Positions 1-13,900 are shown, numbered from the whole stretch's first letter. The stretch is 62,978 nucleotides of DNA, filler included, from Sphacelaria rigidula (GCA_964200075.2; 8 parts of 8 records of this genome joined end to end with filler, not necessarily neighbours in it), one strand, 5' to 3'. Numbers and translations are program-made. Notes: generated by a model from the letters alone, not told the origin.

Positions 1-193
1 TACCACGGTATGGGATACCCCGGTAAATACCGGGGGTACGCTCGGTACGGTACCTTACCTACGGTGCCTGTGGATTATACCTACTTTGGGGATCCTCTAA
101 GCTGGTATTTCATACGATGGCTTTGATACGCGAAATCCGCATCTATGTTTACATTTTTTGGCCCAACACTGACTTATACTCTCACTTTTATAC

Positions 194-249
194 TTTTCAT
201 CCATTTTCATCCATCAGTGGAGATGAATGTGGATGAAAATGGATGAAAA
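194..249. repeat. 20-bp perfect inverted repeat (hairpin)
   Basis: ttttcatccattttcatcca (194-213) and tggatgaaaatggatgaaaa (230-249). Confidence 0.8.
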
Positions 250-929
250 TGAGGCCAACAAGACCCTCATTTTCACTATATTTATCGCCAGGGCGGTTGT
301 TAGCAGCGTGAAGCTGTACCATTTTACTTTTTGTTCAGAGAGCGGGCGTTTGAACCTCGAACCAGCGAGCGCTCACTAGTTCGAAGTCTAAATAATATCT
401 CCTTTCAACAGGGTCTGCCTTCACCAGGTTCCGATGTGAGCTTTGCCCTCCAATATGCTTTAGTAGACATCCTCATACAGTCACTAAAATCGCCAAAGGC
501 GGATTGGATTGAAGGATAGGACGTTTGACAGTTGAGCACTCCATCAGTCAGGCACCACCTTTGTGCATGATTCGATTTATGTTTGCCGTGACAAGCATCA
601 TATAGTGAAAAATCTCAAGATCTTCGTTTTCAGACGATTGAAACTTCGACCGCTTTGATAAGTCCTCTGTGGTTCATTGGGGCGTCCCCTCTCAGGTGAG
701 GTGTCTCAGACTGGAGGTTCCCAGTATATTCAACCGTCTTTCTCGGGTTTGAGATATATACAGTACCTCAAGCACAGTGGATCTCTGCTGAATCGGCATC
801 TTTCCCTGTGAAATTGGCAGAACTGATACTGCCGTGAGAACCCATTGTTGGCACCTCTGCCGTACAGCAACCAGTTTGGTGTATATACAGACAGCATCGG
901 AAAAGGGAAATTTCCATCAGGAATGTGCC

Positions 930-1900
930 GTACCATGGGTCGAGCCAGACGTGGCCACACGCGGCGGAAGAGGAACCGTCCTCATAGAGTATGCTGTACG
1001 CCGATGACGCCTGCATCATCTCGCGAACATCATCGAGCCTCGAGAAGATGATCTCGGTGGTTGTGACGATCTGCGGAGAGTTCGGGTTGACCGTGTCGGC
1101 AGCAAAGACGAAGACCGTGCGACTGCACTCACAGTCGGGGCACCTCGACATCAACGCGGCTGGCCAGGTATACGAACAAACAGACAACTTTGCATACCTG
1201 GGGGGGGTCAAATACGGAGAGTGGTGAACTCGGTGGAAATCAAAAAGCGCGTACAACGGGCATTGTCGAGCTACCACCAGTACAAAGTCCAACTGTACAA
1301 TCGACCAAACGCGGCCGTCCACCTCAGCGTCCAAATGATCAAAGCCGATGCTGTCGAAGTGCTCCTGTACAGGTGCGTTACATGGACTCCTCTCAACGGC
1401 ACTACAATACACTGCGCACGGCCCACCATGCGTTGCTCAGGCGCTGTCTTGGATGGTACAAGCGCAATCGCACAGACCACGTTATGTCGTACCGAGAGAC
1501 CCTCGCGAGGACAGGGTGCAAAAGCATCGAGACGACGGTGAGGAAGAGGAGAGTCCACTTTTTCGGTTTCGTCACGCGCATGTCACCCGGACGGATACCG
1601 AAAAACGCCATGTTCGGCGACATTATAGCCGTGAAGGGACAAGAAAGACAGTTTAACGGCAGGCACAAGTACCGGATCCTCTGCCTAGCGGAAGACATGG
1701 AAGCGTTCGGTATCGAATGGTAGGGGTGGACTACCATAGCCTTGAATGTAGTAGAGTGGCACAGCTGTGTTGAACAGGGAGCAGAAGGGTTTATGGCGGA
1801 CTGGTGCCAAAAGGACGATGCAGAGGCAGCGATATAGAACGCGAAAGCTGCAGGCCAAGATGCACCGACAGCACCTGGGACCGACAGTGCCAACATCAAC
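930..1900 (+). mobile_element. Degenerate non-LTR retrotransposon (RTE-like LINE) reverse transcriptase and C-terminal region
   Basis: MLYADDACII..GLTVSAAKTK..FAYLGG (991-1227). Frameshifted continuations follow: EIKKRV..EVLLYRCVTW and HHALLRRCLGW..SIETTVRKRR..RIPKNAMFG. Boundaries are approximate. Confidence 0.85.
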
Positions 1901-3044
1901 TCATCATAGCCTACGCCAGATACGTGGAGCACTGTTAGACATGCTCATCGGGGCGGAAAAAGTGACGGGGTTGTTCGAGGAAATTACAACGACCACAGAC
2001 AAAACTCCCGCTTTTCCCTCAATGTCCTGAGATGCTCTGCCCAAATACACTTGCTTTTACATTCCAATCTTTTGACGGGTTGATCGCGCGCGCAGGCAAC
2101 ACCCTCCCTGTTCACACCCCACGTCATGTTGCTGATCCTTCACACGCAGCCCATGACGTGTGCCTTATCCTCCAGCTTTGAAGGCGCACACCCTAAACCT
2201 GAAAAAATATATAATTTGAATATAATGTCCGGCTTACTGATCTGTCCGCGGGACGTGCCCTGAAATGAAGGCTGCAGTGCAATGCGTTGAGGTTGTGCGC
2301 ACTCAACTCAATACTCGGCACTCGAATCGCACACGTAACCGTGGAGAACCGCCTGGATTAAACTTTTTTATCGATGGAGTATGTCCTGAGCAACGCACCG
2401 TCCCCAATAAATTCAAGTGAAAAGTAGAGTGTTTGCGGACATGAAATTCGGGTCAGGTCTTCAAGTCCAGAGCAAGACCGGAATGTCACCCGATGTCGGT
2501 TCAACGACTAAGTTTTGAAGACTCCACCGACTATGGTGACGTGAAGACCAAATTGTGATCTTGGGCTCGGTCTTTCCTATTGGTCAACGATCCCTAGTCC
2601 GCATTACGGTTAGGATTACGATGGTGCGGGGAGCAGATTTGCCCCCAAAATCCGCAGCCAAACGCCCGTTTTGTGCTTCCCTCGGTCTGGTCTTTTAGAT
2701 CAAAATGCTGTTGGCCGACAGGCCCGAAGGGTTTTCCGTTCCCCCGGCACCTACCACACCAGCTACATCATCGCGTCTAGGGCGCAGAACAGACCACACG
2801 CCGAGAAGGGCTGGTGTGACCATGGTGTTCTCATGGAGTCAGCACAGCAGCATATGAGGGAGAACGAGTGTTGAGCACAATTTGACACAGACAGCGAGCA
2901 GCTCGAACGACGAAAAATAAACGCGACCTGTATCCGGCTTGCACGAAAGTTCAGAGCAGGAGAGGGTAGCAAGCATGTGATACAGCAGGAGACGTTTTTT
3001 TACTCACCTCACGCCGATGAGGGTAACTCAAGGTGAATTGGAAG

Positions 3045-4110
3045 ATTTTGAGGAGAAGCGCGATCATTGCCGAGCGTTCAAAAATCGGCACTCAGCGAAA
3101 CTTGGGGACCCGTCTGAAATAAGGGAACAAACAAGGCGCTTCCCACACCCATAAATTCTATGCTGTAGTTGTCGCTATGCTGTTGTGCATTTGAACTCTC
3201 CACAACGAACATGGTGTGATGTGCGCTGTAGAGTGCCTTAACAGGTGTAGTGCTGAATGCGGTGTTTCGACCTGCACATAAGTGGCGTGAGATCAAAGTG
3301 CCGTACACTAGCTACTGTCTGTACAGAAGAGTGAAACGATGAAACGATCACGTAACGACTGTGCAGCTGTCTGTTGCGTCTCCTTCCGTACTTCAGCTGT
3401 GGTCGGGTGCTGTGATCGGAGAAGACACGCAAGGCGGACGCGTGCACGTTAGGGCGTACAAACTGAGCCAGCACGGAGCTGCTTTATCCCAAGCGTTTGA
3501 TGGTACCAGCTGTCTGCCTTGATGTCTCATGTAATAGTTCTTCCCCTCACTTCAGACTGGTCCTCACTGTTTGCACAGTCCCGATTCTTGAACGATTGGC
3601 CATGATCGCGCTTCGCGTGAAAAGCGCAATTACGGCCCAGCGTTTGATAACCGCCACTCTGCCAAAATCGAGCTCATCCGAAATCAGGGGAAGATCTATC
3701 GCGGAGGACAGGTCCTGTGTCACTGCGCTGCAGCACAGACACACTCATGCGCTGTCTCTTATGCTGTAGCTGTCGCTACGCTGTGGTGTCTCCAGGCCTG
3801 TTCGAAGACAGTTTGATCTCCGCTGGGACTGACTACGTGAGTTGCTTTATTGCTGTCGTGGCGTTCGTCTCTTCGAAAAATTATGCTGCCAACACGTAGT
3901 GCTATCTGGACACCGTTGACACCTTTATGGTGTGTTGGCTATTTCGTCTCGAGTCAAACGAACAAGGCGCTTCCCAAACCCACCATTTACATGCTTTAGT
4001 TGTCGCTGTGCTGTTGTGCATGTGAACACTCTACGACGATCACGGTGCGATGGGCGCTCGAGAGTGCCTCAACAGTTGTAGTGCTGCATGCCGTGTTTCG
4101 GTCTGCGTAG
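3045..4110. repeat. Diverged inverted and direct repeats, probably a decayed TE
   Basis: About 3045-3127 is an imperfect reverse complement of about 3541-3625. About 3129-3280 (aacaaggcgcttccca...gtgtttcg) is directly repeated at about 3960-4110. Confidence 0.6.
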
Positions 4111-5108
4111 AGTTGGGGTGGGACCAAAGTATTCATCGCCTGTTAGAGGAATTATACTTGGTTTGGGACTGAATACGGATAATACACTTTACAGTACGAC
4201 CTACTGTCTGTTACCGAGAGTTCATTTGGATTCTCCGCGAATCCAGAGAAAATACAACAGGAGAACCCCTCACGAGTTTACACCCACCCGCACTCAAGTG
4301 CGGACAAAGTCAGTATCAGTTATATATCTTCGCTGGACTCAGCAGTAAGAAACAGTGAGCGTGCATCGTTCTGCAGTGAAGAGTCTACTGCACGCAACTG
4401 GAGTCTCTGCTCAGTGTTCCACAGAAACACTACAGTTGGACGCTATTTTGGCAACACAAGAGGGGTCAGGCAGGTGGCAAAGGCACACCACGAGTAAATA
4501 ATACGTCGTGTTTGCCCATGTAACTCATGATTTGTGATCAAAATGATTCTCCTGGTCTGCAACAACTTCTATGAGCCGGATACACGTCACGTCAACCGCT
4601 GTCTGTGTCAAGTTGTGCTCAAAATGCTGTTTCTTTGTGCATATGTTGCTGTGCTGACCTCAAACGAGCATCACTGCCACACCGTCACCCGTTGGCTCGC
4701 CATGTTCTGGGCGTGGACTCTGGTGTTTGCGCGAGCAGCGAGGTGGCTGGTGTGGTGTGTCTTGTCGGGAGCACGGTTACACGTTACACGTCACGCGTGT
4801 TGGCCGATAGCATCTCCATCAAAAGTCCAAACCGAGTGATACGCAACCATCGGACTTTGGACTGATTTTGGACTACGGGGGAATTACAAAGCTCAAGTCC
4901 TGATCCGAATTTGATTTGCGCAAACACCGTAATGATCAGAGCCAGAAGGGGCTCGTAGGGAAACGTCGGGGTCTAGATCTGAATCGGTCGCGGAGTAACT
5001 TTACTTCGGTGTGTACGCATTTGCAAGTATGATCCCCTCAGAAATGTTATGTTGAGGAAAGCCCCGCCGCTTGTGTACATAGCCGCACGAGAAACCTAAG
5101 GTGGAAAG

Positions 5109-5882
5109 CAGGGGTCTACACGTTACACGTTCACGTTACGTTCATCACGTAAAAACAAATGACGTTCACGTTACGTTACGTATGTCACGCTGAAGAAATT
5201 ATAACGTTACGTTCACGTTTCACTTGGGAATTCAACGTTACGTTCATCACGTAAAAAAAATTAACGTTACGTTTCGTTACATGTAATGTAATATGAAACG
5301 TTTCAATGCCACGCGTAACGTCTAATATAACGTTTCGTTGACACGTGTAACGTTCGAGTGTAACCTTTCATTCTGTGCATGTCGCGGCTCATTTACCAGT
5401 GTTCAAGGCGTTATGCACGTGTGGTGTGACGCGTGATGTTACCGCGTAGATGACGGTGACGGTGACCCGTCGGGTACTTCACATGTATAAAACAACCTGT
5501 ATGAAAACACGCGTGTTCTGATAAATTACCGAAAACCCACCTATATGATCAGAAAGCGCGTTTTTTTACACAACATCCTCTCATGACATTTTCCCATAGC
5601 CCAAAGCTATCAGAAAATCAGGATTTTCTGATAGCTTCGGGCGAAAAGTGTCAGTGAAGTGAAGTGATTTGAACGTTTGGGCAATTTAAGGTTCACGTTA
5701 CGTTCCGTATGCCACGTTAAAGAAATTCAACGTTACGTTAACGTTCCATTTGAAAATTTAACGTTACGTTCACGTTACGTTTATCACATGGAAAAAAATT
5801 GCACGTTCACGTTACGTTTCGGCCAAAACGTAACGTGAACGTAACGTGTAACGCTGTGGCACGTGTAACGTGTAGAGCCCTG
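5109..5882. mobile_element. hAT-like non-autonomous element (MITE) with ACGT-rich subterminal arrays
   Basis: 22-bp TIRs caggggtctacacgttacacgt (5109-5130) and acgtgtaacgtgtagagccctg (5861-5882) differ at one position. The 8-bp flanks gtggaaag and gtaaaaag match at 6/8, consistent with a decayed TSD. Confidence 0.75.
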
Positions 5883-6182
5883 GTAAAAAGCATTGCGTGT
5901 ACAGGAGCAGACAATACTATGGTGATCGAATTGTGCTCTCCTCTTCGTCTGCGGTATCAATTGTATTGGTAACGCCATGTTCGCCGTACCGCGCCTACAG
6001 CCTTCGTGCGCTGCGACTTGAGCTTGTACACTGGGAAAACACCGACACATGTCCCTCACCCTCCACTCAACCCAGGGTCGGGCATGTGTCGTATCGGCAT
6101 ACTTTTCACTTGAAGTAAGAGTGCAAAACCCAGATGACCTCAACAGGGGGTCGGAGAGTTCAACTTTAGAGCCGGCTATTCG

Positions 6183-6418
6183 CAGGGCTATACACGTTAC
6201 ACGTTCCCGTTCACGTTACGTTCATCACGTGAAAAAAATAACGTTACGTTAACGTTACATTTGAAAATTCAACCTTACGTTGATGTTACGTTCATCACGT
6301 AAAACAATTTTGCGTTACGTTAACGTTACATTGGAAATTTTAACGTTACGTTTGCGTTACGTTCATCACGTAGAAAAAAATAAGGTTCACGTTACGTTTC
6401 GGCCAAAACGTAACGTTA
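6183..6418. mobile_element. Truncated second copy of the ACGT-rich hAT-like MITE
   Basis: Starts cagggctatacacgttacacgt and carries the same acgttacgt arrays. Only one end is present. Confidence 0.7.
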
Positions 6419-6451
6419 TAAATGAACATAAGATATCATCCTGGCGGAGGC

Positions 6452-6772
6452 GACCTGAGGAAATGTACGTGAACAGTGGTTGGTACTATGAAGATGCCGC
6501 CAATTCTCACACTAACCGTAGCCCTAATCCCGACTAGGGCATACCGAGAACCCTCGGGCGAGGGGGTGCAGAGTGTTCTCCAGGCAACGTGTGCGTTGCC
6601 AGAGCTCAAATCGACGCCTTTCCGCTGATTTTGGACCAAAACACGTTCTGGACGAGCTGGGTCTACTGTTCACTGTTCACCTGCCCCAGACCGTGAATTT
6701 TCTCAGAACTCTCGAGTCTGAAATCAAGTAAAATCGAGTATCAACCATTTTTCACGTACATTTCCTCAGGTC
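6452..6772. mobile_element. MITE, about 320 bp
   Basis: TIRs gacctgaggaaatgtacgtgaa (6452-6473) and ttcacgtacatttcctcaggtc (6751-6772). An inverted copy lies at about 30865-31212. Confidence 0.75.
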
Positions 6773-7786
6773 TACTTTCCTGGCGATCCAAGCTTCACTT
6801 TTATAGCGGGCGGGAAGAGTGACGATTCCCAAAGGAGTAATCCGATACTCGACGATACCCACAGAAGAAGGGAGTAATGCGGCGGGGGGCACAGAGAAGG
6901 TAACATTGTACTGTATTGCGCTGCACTGTACTGGCTGTACTGTGCTGTACGGTGCATTTCGGCTTCGTCTATTTACACGAACAGCAGCAACCTTATGATG
7001 GGTCAGTTGTGTTTGTTATGTGCGAAGTATTTACTTCAAAAATAGATGCCCACCGCAGCCCAAGGACTTGTTTTGAAACTGGAGGCAGGAAGGGATGACG
7101 GTGTCAGAGAGTTTCATGAAGTCTGATCCTTGGTGATACCCATGGACGAACAGAACGAACGCAACGGGTGGAAGAGAGAAGACAACACTGCACTGTAAGG
7201 TAAAGCATTGCACTGCTGTACTTTACTGAGCGTTTTCGGTTGGCTTTGTCTCGACATTAACAGACGGGGTACCCCCAGGGCGGGTCATCTGTGTCGCACT
7301 GTCACAGTTTTGACGTGAAAATGAATGAACAGACCGTACCGGCGATGCAAAGCAGCAGGGACGTGTGCGTGTCATGGGCGCAGATAGCCTTGTGCGCTTC
7401 TTTTCCCAACCGACCGGGAGGCCCATTCGCTTCTTCGCCGATCGACTGGGCGGATCGTTCCCATCTCATTGGCTTGTGCGATTTTCCGTCGGGAAGATCC
7501 ATGACACTCTTTGCAAAAATGTCCCATATATTTTGGCCCCGATTAGGCCGCTTCTTATAACAGACAAAAATATAAACCCGGAAAAATGTATTTTTGGAGC
7601 TTTTGCGTCGTTTTACGCCCCAAAAGAGAGCTATGCGGAATTTGACACCTACTAGTTGAGGCGATTCCAGGACATCCTCCCGTTTTCCGGTCGTCACAGT
7701 TTTCATTTTGGCCAAACAAGAATTTTTGTGGAGGAACGGTAAAAAACAGTCAAGTTCAGAAAAAAATGCCACTTTTCTCTGGACTT

Positions 7787-7886
7787 NNNNNNNNNNNNNN
7801 NNNNNNNNNNNNNNNNNNNNNNNNNNNNNNTTAATTAATTAANNNNNNNNNNNNNNNNNNNNNNNNNNNNNNNNNNNNNNNNNNNN
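7787..7886. other. Artificial 100-bp contig spacer N44-TTAATTAATTAA-N44 (also 15673-15772, 23559-23658, 31444-31543, 39329-39428, 47213-47312, 55096-55195)
   Basis: The same linker occurs seven times and has stops in all six frames. The flanking contigs are sorted by decreasing size. Confidence 0.97.
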
Positions 7887-7887
7887 G

Positions 7888-9830
7888 ATGTCACACCTCA
7901 ATACGTATTTGATATCACCCAGGACTGAGGGGCGAGACCGACCTCAAGTAATGGGGAGGACGTCAGCATGGAACCTAAAACAATCTCTGTGCAAAGCCGC
8001 GGACGTATTTCTCAACGCTGTGGAGTCAGAGGAAGAGCAGAAGTGGCTGAATACGGAGGAGACATGCGACCAAATAAGGGAGCTCACGACGTCTCTCCTC
8101 CAGAAACACCCGCGGTTTGTGAACCTGATCGATCCCAACCTGGCAAATGGCAGAAAGAGGAGGAACGGTGATCGCGCGATATGCGACAGCATCCGTGAAC
8201 TTTGGGCAAAACTGTCCGAGCCAGATATCGTCGCCTCTGAGGGGGGAAGGCAGATCCGCAGGTCGGTTTTAGGCGCTATGTGCGGGGAATCCACAACATA
8301 TGCAGATGCCAAAGAGTTCATTGGAGGGCTCCTGAGCCGAGAAGCGTTTTATGGCGCGAAGAGGAGGCGAGAGGACGCCGTGGAAAACGGAGAGCCGCAC
8401 CGCATGTGAGTCATGACGACTGAGGTGGATGCCGATGATGCGTATACGAACAGTGTGCCACGGACAGACACACCCATCACAACATTCACCAACCTGAATA
8501 CGGAATACTTTCATCAACGCTCAGTCGCGATTATGTGTCGGCTGCCGAGCATCCCGTGTGTATGAAAATAAAGTCTGATGCGTATCCACCACCCTCGCGT
8601 ATCCGGCATCCACCTATGCCATGCTGCCGTCTCCCAGCGTGTCCGGCAGGAAGCCGCGATCAGATCGACTGGAGGTCACGTGTCCCAACGCACTGGCCTG
8701 GATTGAAGAACGGATCACATTTCACACCCAGCCGTCTCTATGTCAGGTGAAATGGAAGCACGACTATTGACCCGGCAACCACGAACGCTCAGACGCAGAC
8801 CACTCGCTGGTGTGCGTTAAACCCGAGGTATGCTCTCGTACGCCTGTTCGGTACTTGATGGGCACGAAGCTGAAGCTCTACGACGACATCATGACAGATG
8901 GAAGAGGCGGTGAGACAACATGTGCCACACAGGCGTCGCATAGGAGTTTATGCCTAACCATGGCAATTGCTCGACAAAATAGATGATCGCATCGTTGTTC
9001 ATACTAGACTCGGGAAAACGTATTCTCTACCCCATCCATGACTGCGGGACGCTAACACCTTCCGCAATGGGCAGGCGATGTCATCTCGCGTTAGTGAATG
9101 TTTTCATATGTACATCTCGTCCTAATCGTCGATCTCCTGCCCGTCATACATGTAGGAAGTCCCCAGCAAGCCCAGATGTGCAGCTAATGTCATGTACAGT
9201 ATTGGTGTAGGAGTATCGACATAGGAATACACGCTTGCTCATCCCCGTTCAGAACAACAGGGAGGGAGCGTGAAGTTGGAAGGAGTGAAGATTATTTTAC
9301 TTCTGCTTAGTCAGCAAACACGGACGTTTTTTCTTCTGTATTTGTGCATCCTCGCTCAGTTTCAAACGGGTGCAGTGGAGGTGGAGAACATCAGCCGAAG
9401 AGCTTTCGGCGACTTTGAAGCAGAACCGCTTTCCAAGGAGGATATCCGCCGGTGCCCAGTACGACCCAAGCTTTTCAATATCGGAACAGAAGTCGAAAAC
9501 AAGTTCACGGGACCGTATTTGTCCTAGGGTGCGAAACTATGGAGGGTCAAGAAAACGTTTAAAGCCAGTGTCACCTCGGTTGAAACAGACCGCAAGTCGA
9601 GACGTCACAGATACAAACTGCATTGGGGGGGGGGGATTCAACCTTCTTCTCGCTGCGGAGGTCGAGTGGATAGTAGACGAAGGATACGTGGAGAAATACA
9701 AGGTCAAAACCAGGTTGTCGACGTCGGCGAGTCTCCGCGGTGCTGATGCCGGTTCGAAGTTCGGTGTGTGGAGTAGGATGTGTGTCAAGGAGTTTATGGT
9801 GCGTGGAGTAGGATCACTGCTTGATTAATA
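7888..9830 (+). pseudogene. Possible decayed spliced gene of unknown function (perhaps transposase-related)
   Basis: A protein-like 173-aa ORF ends at a GTGAGT donor (8406). An AG/GT-bounded segment at 8747-8909 reads VKWKHDY*PGNH..RYLMGTKLKLYDDI. Further coding-like pieces lie at 9360-9530 and 9660-9720. Confidence 0.35.
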
Positions 9831-10885
9831 CATGTAAAATCTCACAAAAACAGACATCATGACCTTCACCGAGGGTGAAGTGCCCCAGAGATGCCAACGA
9901 AACACTAGTCGTGCCTACCGGGAGCCCATCGCCTTGCAAGCATACCTCTCCAAACGGCCTCACCCTCCTCGCCTGCAACCTCGATTTTGGCTACCAGGTG
10001 AACATTTTCGCCGAAAAAGTGTAACCCTACCGTAGCACGACTCGACACTAACAAACAACAACATCGATCAACGCTGGCACCACCGCTGTCGCAGCAACAA
10101 CTGCCATCATCTCCTCAACCGTAAGGGGAAGAAAAAGCAAAAATACACTCCGAGTACTCTGGCAGCACAAGCAGCGTACGTAAATGAAAGCAGACAAAAG
10201 GGGCAGGGGCGCTACTACATTCGATTACGCCTGTTACACGGGCACAATATTTTGGGAACTTCTACTATAACAACTGATCAACAGAGACCAAACCATGAGT
10301 GTAGTATGTGGAGGCGGAAGGTCCAAGGTACCAGAGATTGTACTGTTGCTCGCTCTGCATGGAGACAACATCCTGGGGGGCGTTTAATGTGCAGACGCAA
10401 GACGCAACGCACACATCATGTTCGATGTGTATACCCGAGACGCAGCACACATCATGTTTTTACTCGAGGCGCGACACGGACATCGAAGAATATAAGCGGA
10501 GAGGGCGCTGTACAGCAGGTACTATGCGCAGACTTCCTTCCTCTCCCCCCTCATGTCCTTCACCACTCCCATCCGATGTCCATCCTTTCGAACGATCGAC
10601 CGCGCAAGTTATCTCCATGCCTGATCCCACACCTCCCAGCGCATAGTCAGCAAGAGAATGCAGGCCTGGATAACGTACCTCACACTACATTGTGAGAGTC
10701 TTCGTCCATCGCGGTACATAGCTATGATGTTCAATAATAATGTACCGCACTGTATATTGTGCGAGAGCCTCCATCTATCGTGGTACACAGCGATGTGAAA
10801 CGCTCGGTACGGAGTACGCGCAGTCTGGAGATTGACCTCAACGTACCCGAACGCCTACTAGGCGATGGCCCGCATGCAGTATTCA

Positions 10886-10957
10886 TCACGAAACATACTT
10901 GACGGTGCGGCCGTAACGTGGCATAATGGGGCGGCTGGTGTCTCCGTTTTCACTCAC
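10886..10957 (-). CDS. alpha-CA last exon VSENGDTSRPIMPRYGRTVKYVS*
   Basis: ttgttcag acceptor. Matches the terminal NxRPxQPLNGRxV-type motif and ends in TGA. Confidence 0.85.
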   Translation of the reverse strand: MSENGDTSRPIMPRYGRTVKYVS

Positions 10958-13900
10958 CTGAACAATCGGCAAATAGCCAAGAGTAGCGATGCATGGGCGA
11001 CGCAAAAAGAGGTGGGACGGAGGGAGAAGGGAGAGAGCTCAGCCACATGCCATGCGTTGCATGTCATCGCCGTCACCTACCGTTGACCTCAGATTCTCGA
11101 GATGAAAGAGCATGCCATGATTCCTTCCGATCAAGAATGACCGCCGATGGTCAACTTTCGCCTGCACTTTCATTTGGCTGTGTTGGCGGTGTAACTACGC
11201 AGAAAGAACACTTACAATAGGGTCGTCGAGCAAAGCACAGTGGCTGCGGTACGCCATCAGTAGCTCATCTCCAATCAGCTGGGGTTCGTTCATGACTATC
11301 CACTTCACATCCTGGGAGAAAAACACAGGACGAAAAGCGCGGGCAAACGACACGTTCGTGTATGCCATGAGAAAAAATCAAAACGTTTTAGGTTCGACAA
11401 ATGTAGCAGGCTGCGCAGTGTCTCAGCACAGGAAGAACCAAGAGGGACATCTCCCGGAAATTTCCCGCGCAGGAAAAGCTCAAACACCCGAACGTTCGCA
11501 CCCCACGGGGGAACACAAGATTAATATGCAGCGGCAAGGCATTGCCGCAATCTACGACAACAAATGGGCGAATCTGAATCCCCCCAGTTCCAAGGCACGA
11601 GTGAGACATGCCCACGCTCAACTTGTGCAGTGAACGAGCGTAAACATTCTCCGCCACCGCATCTTGTGCGATGGTTTGTGTTAATGGGCTACCATCGAGC
11701 TCCAGAAGATCAGTACGACGCAGTTCTGCAAGCGAACGTTTCAGGTGCACGGGACAATTTCCCTCTTGAGATGTATTGAACTTTGAACGCTCAGAATGCC
11801 AAAAGGATCATGCCGGTACCCGGATATCGTATGTCGTACATTACTCTCAAAACAAATGCTGGTAGATCAACGCACTGCACACACATGCGTGGGGAAACCA
11901 TACATTCTACTGATGGTATAATCGTGGCTACCGGCTGGTCTCTGTGAAGTAATGCGGCTCCAATGATTCTGATGATGGGTGGTCGCTGAAGAATATCATT
12001 GTTGGTACTTCATGTGCATCCACGGCACCACAAGTGGCGGAGCACGCCACAGGCGTAATCATGACTATGTACTACAGTAGTGAACATATGAACACGTGGT
12101 GTAATATCCAACCTCTGTGCACGGAGGGGTGGTGAGAGAGCCGGTGTAGTGCACGTAGGTCGTGTCGTCGGTGGGTAGGAGATTGTAAGGGCGAACTGGA
12201 AACACGAGATCTGTCGTATTACCGTCTCCGATGTCGAAGACCGACCACCACTTTTCGAGCTTCGTCAAGCAGGAAGGTTTCGGCGTGCGACGGTGGACGC
12301 GTGGAGCAGGGGAGGGGGGACAGGGAATAGGGGTGGGAACGTGAAGGAGAAAACTTTCCACCCGGAACGTTTGTTGGAAGGTTTGACCGAACTATTGGAA
12401 GTAAAAAAAAAAATGACAGCCTGCGGCATGAACAGTTTGGTGGTAAGACTTCCCAAGTATGCGTGTTTCGTTTCACGAAACCGTCACGTAATCACGTGAA
12501 ACAACCTCGTGGGAGGGTGATCGGCCCCGAGCGTCACGGCGCCACGTACTTCATGAGGTCATCATGACAGCCGAAATTGTGCTGTTATTTATCACCGTCA
12601 CCTCGCGGTTGCCGTACAGCAGAGAACACTCACCTATCCCGTACATCTCGAGAGTATTTAAAAATACTCGTTGATCTGAACGTGATTCTAAGCGCGAAAG
12701 GCAGTGGCCGGCGATATCTCAGCATGTCCTCGCGGAACCGCTAAGACACGCGATTTCGAAATATCATGTTTCCGTCGAGGCTAAACGATCACGTATTCGA
12801 ATCCTTGAGTGCGGGGGCGACAGTGCCAAGCTATCGGCAGCGTACGTTGCGTGTGTTTTTCAGGAGAACTAAAAACAAGAAACGCATCCATGCATACTTG
12901 CAGCACCCATGCCTGTATGCATATTATCTCACCTCCGCGCTGGTGTTGTGGGGGGACGAGTTGAAAAAGATGCCAACCATCAAAGTTGAGTCGTCTGATG
13001 CCTCGTGCACAAGATGAAGTTCTGCATCGTGATGGGAGGAGCGGACCTGTTTGTTTGTTGTGGGGAACGAAGATAATCGGAAAGTGAGAAAACAGCTGAA
13101 CTCATGCTTTTGTTGGTGAGCGAAGTCTTTCGGACTGGACGTGACAGGGTTGCATATATGCATCATGAGCATATCTCGAGCTTGCGCATGAGAAAACTGG
13201 ATTCATCACAACTATCTAGTTAGAGCAATGCCGCGGTAGGGGTGAACTTTATCTCAGGCGGCGGGTCAGAGGTACCAGTAAGTTGAGTCTTTCCTCTATC
13301 TTGGCGGCAAAGTCGGCAGCATCGGCGATGCCACTACAGAGATCCGCAGCTTCTGTGAGTACAGCAGAGTGGTATACGACAGCCCGTTCATCGCTCTGAT
13401 CACCAAGGTTCGTATTGTGAATGCTGAAGTGTTTGAGGTCACGCTATACGGCTGCGTAACCTGAACGGTCGCACATACATTATGTCGGTGCGTGATACAT
13501 TGCATCTCGTGCGGGATATTATGCGCATCATATATCTCAGAACATCGGCCAGGTCACAAATCTTCCCGTGGTGCAAAATATAGGTAAGGCACAACTCGTC
13601 GCTGAGATATGCGCATCACGTGCACGGAACGCCGGTGGCTCGAAAACAATAGCCGGATGCAACTCGACGGCATGCACACCTGTCGGCGACGAATGATACG
13701 CTGCCGAGAAAACAAAGAGGACTCGAACCGTCACGACGGGGTACCGCACAGAGTCGACAACGGATCTGCTCGGAATCACAGCTCTTTGGGCAGAAAACTG
13801 TGGTATTCTGTTTCCAATGTCCAGACTCTGTCGACAGGACCGCACGGTGATCAGAGAGACGATAGACGAACGATAAATAACACTGTACAAGAACCACAAG

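Noticed and set aside
7831..7842. TTAATTAATTAA recurring about every 7.9 kb as a biological periodic signal
   Set aside because: It is always centred in a 100-bp N spacer, so it is an assembly linker.
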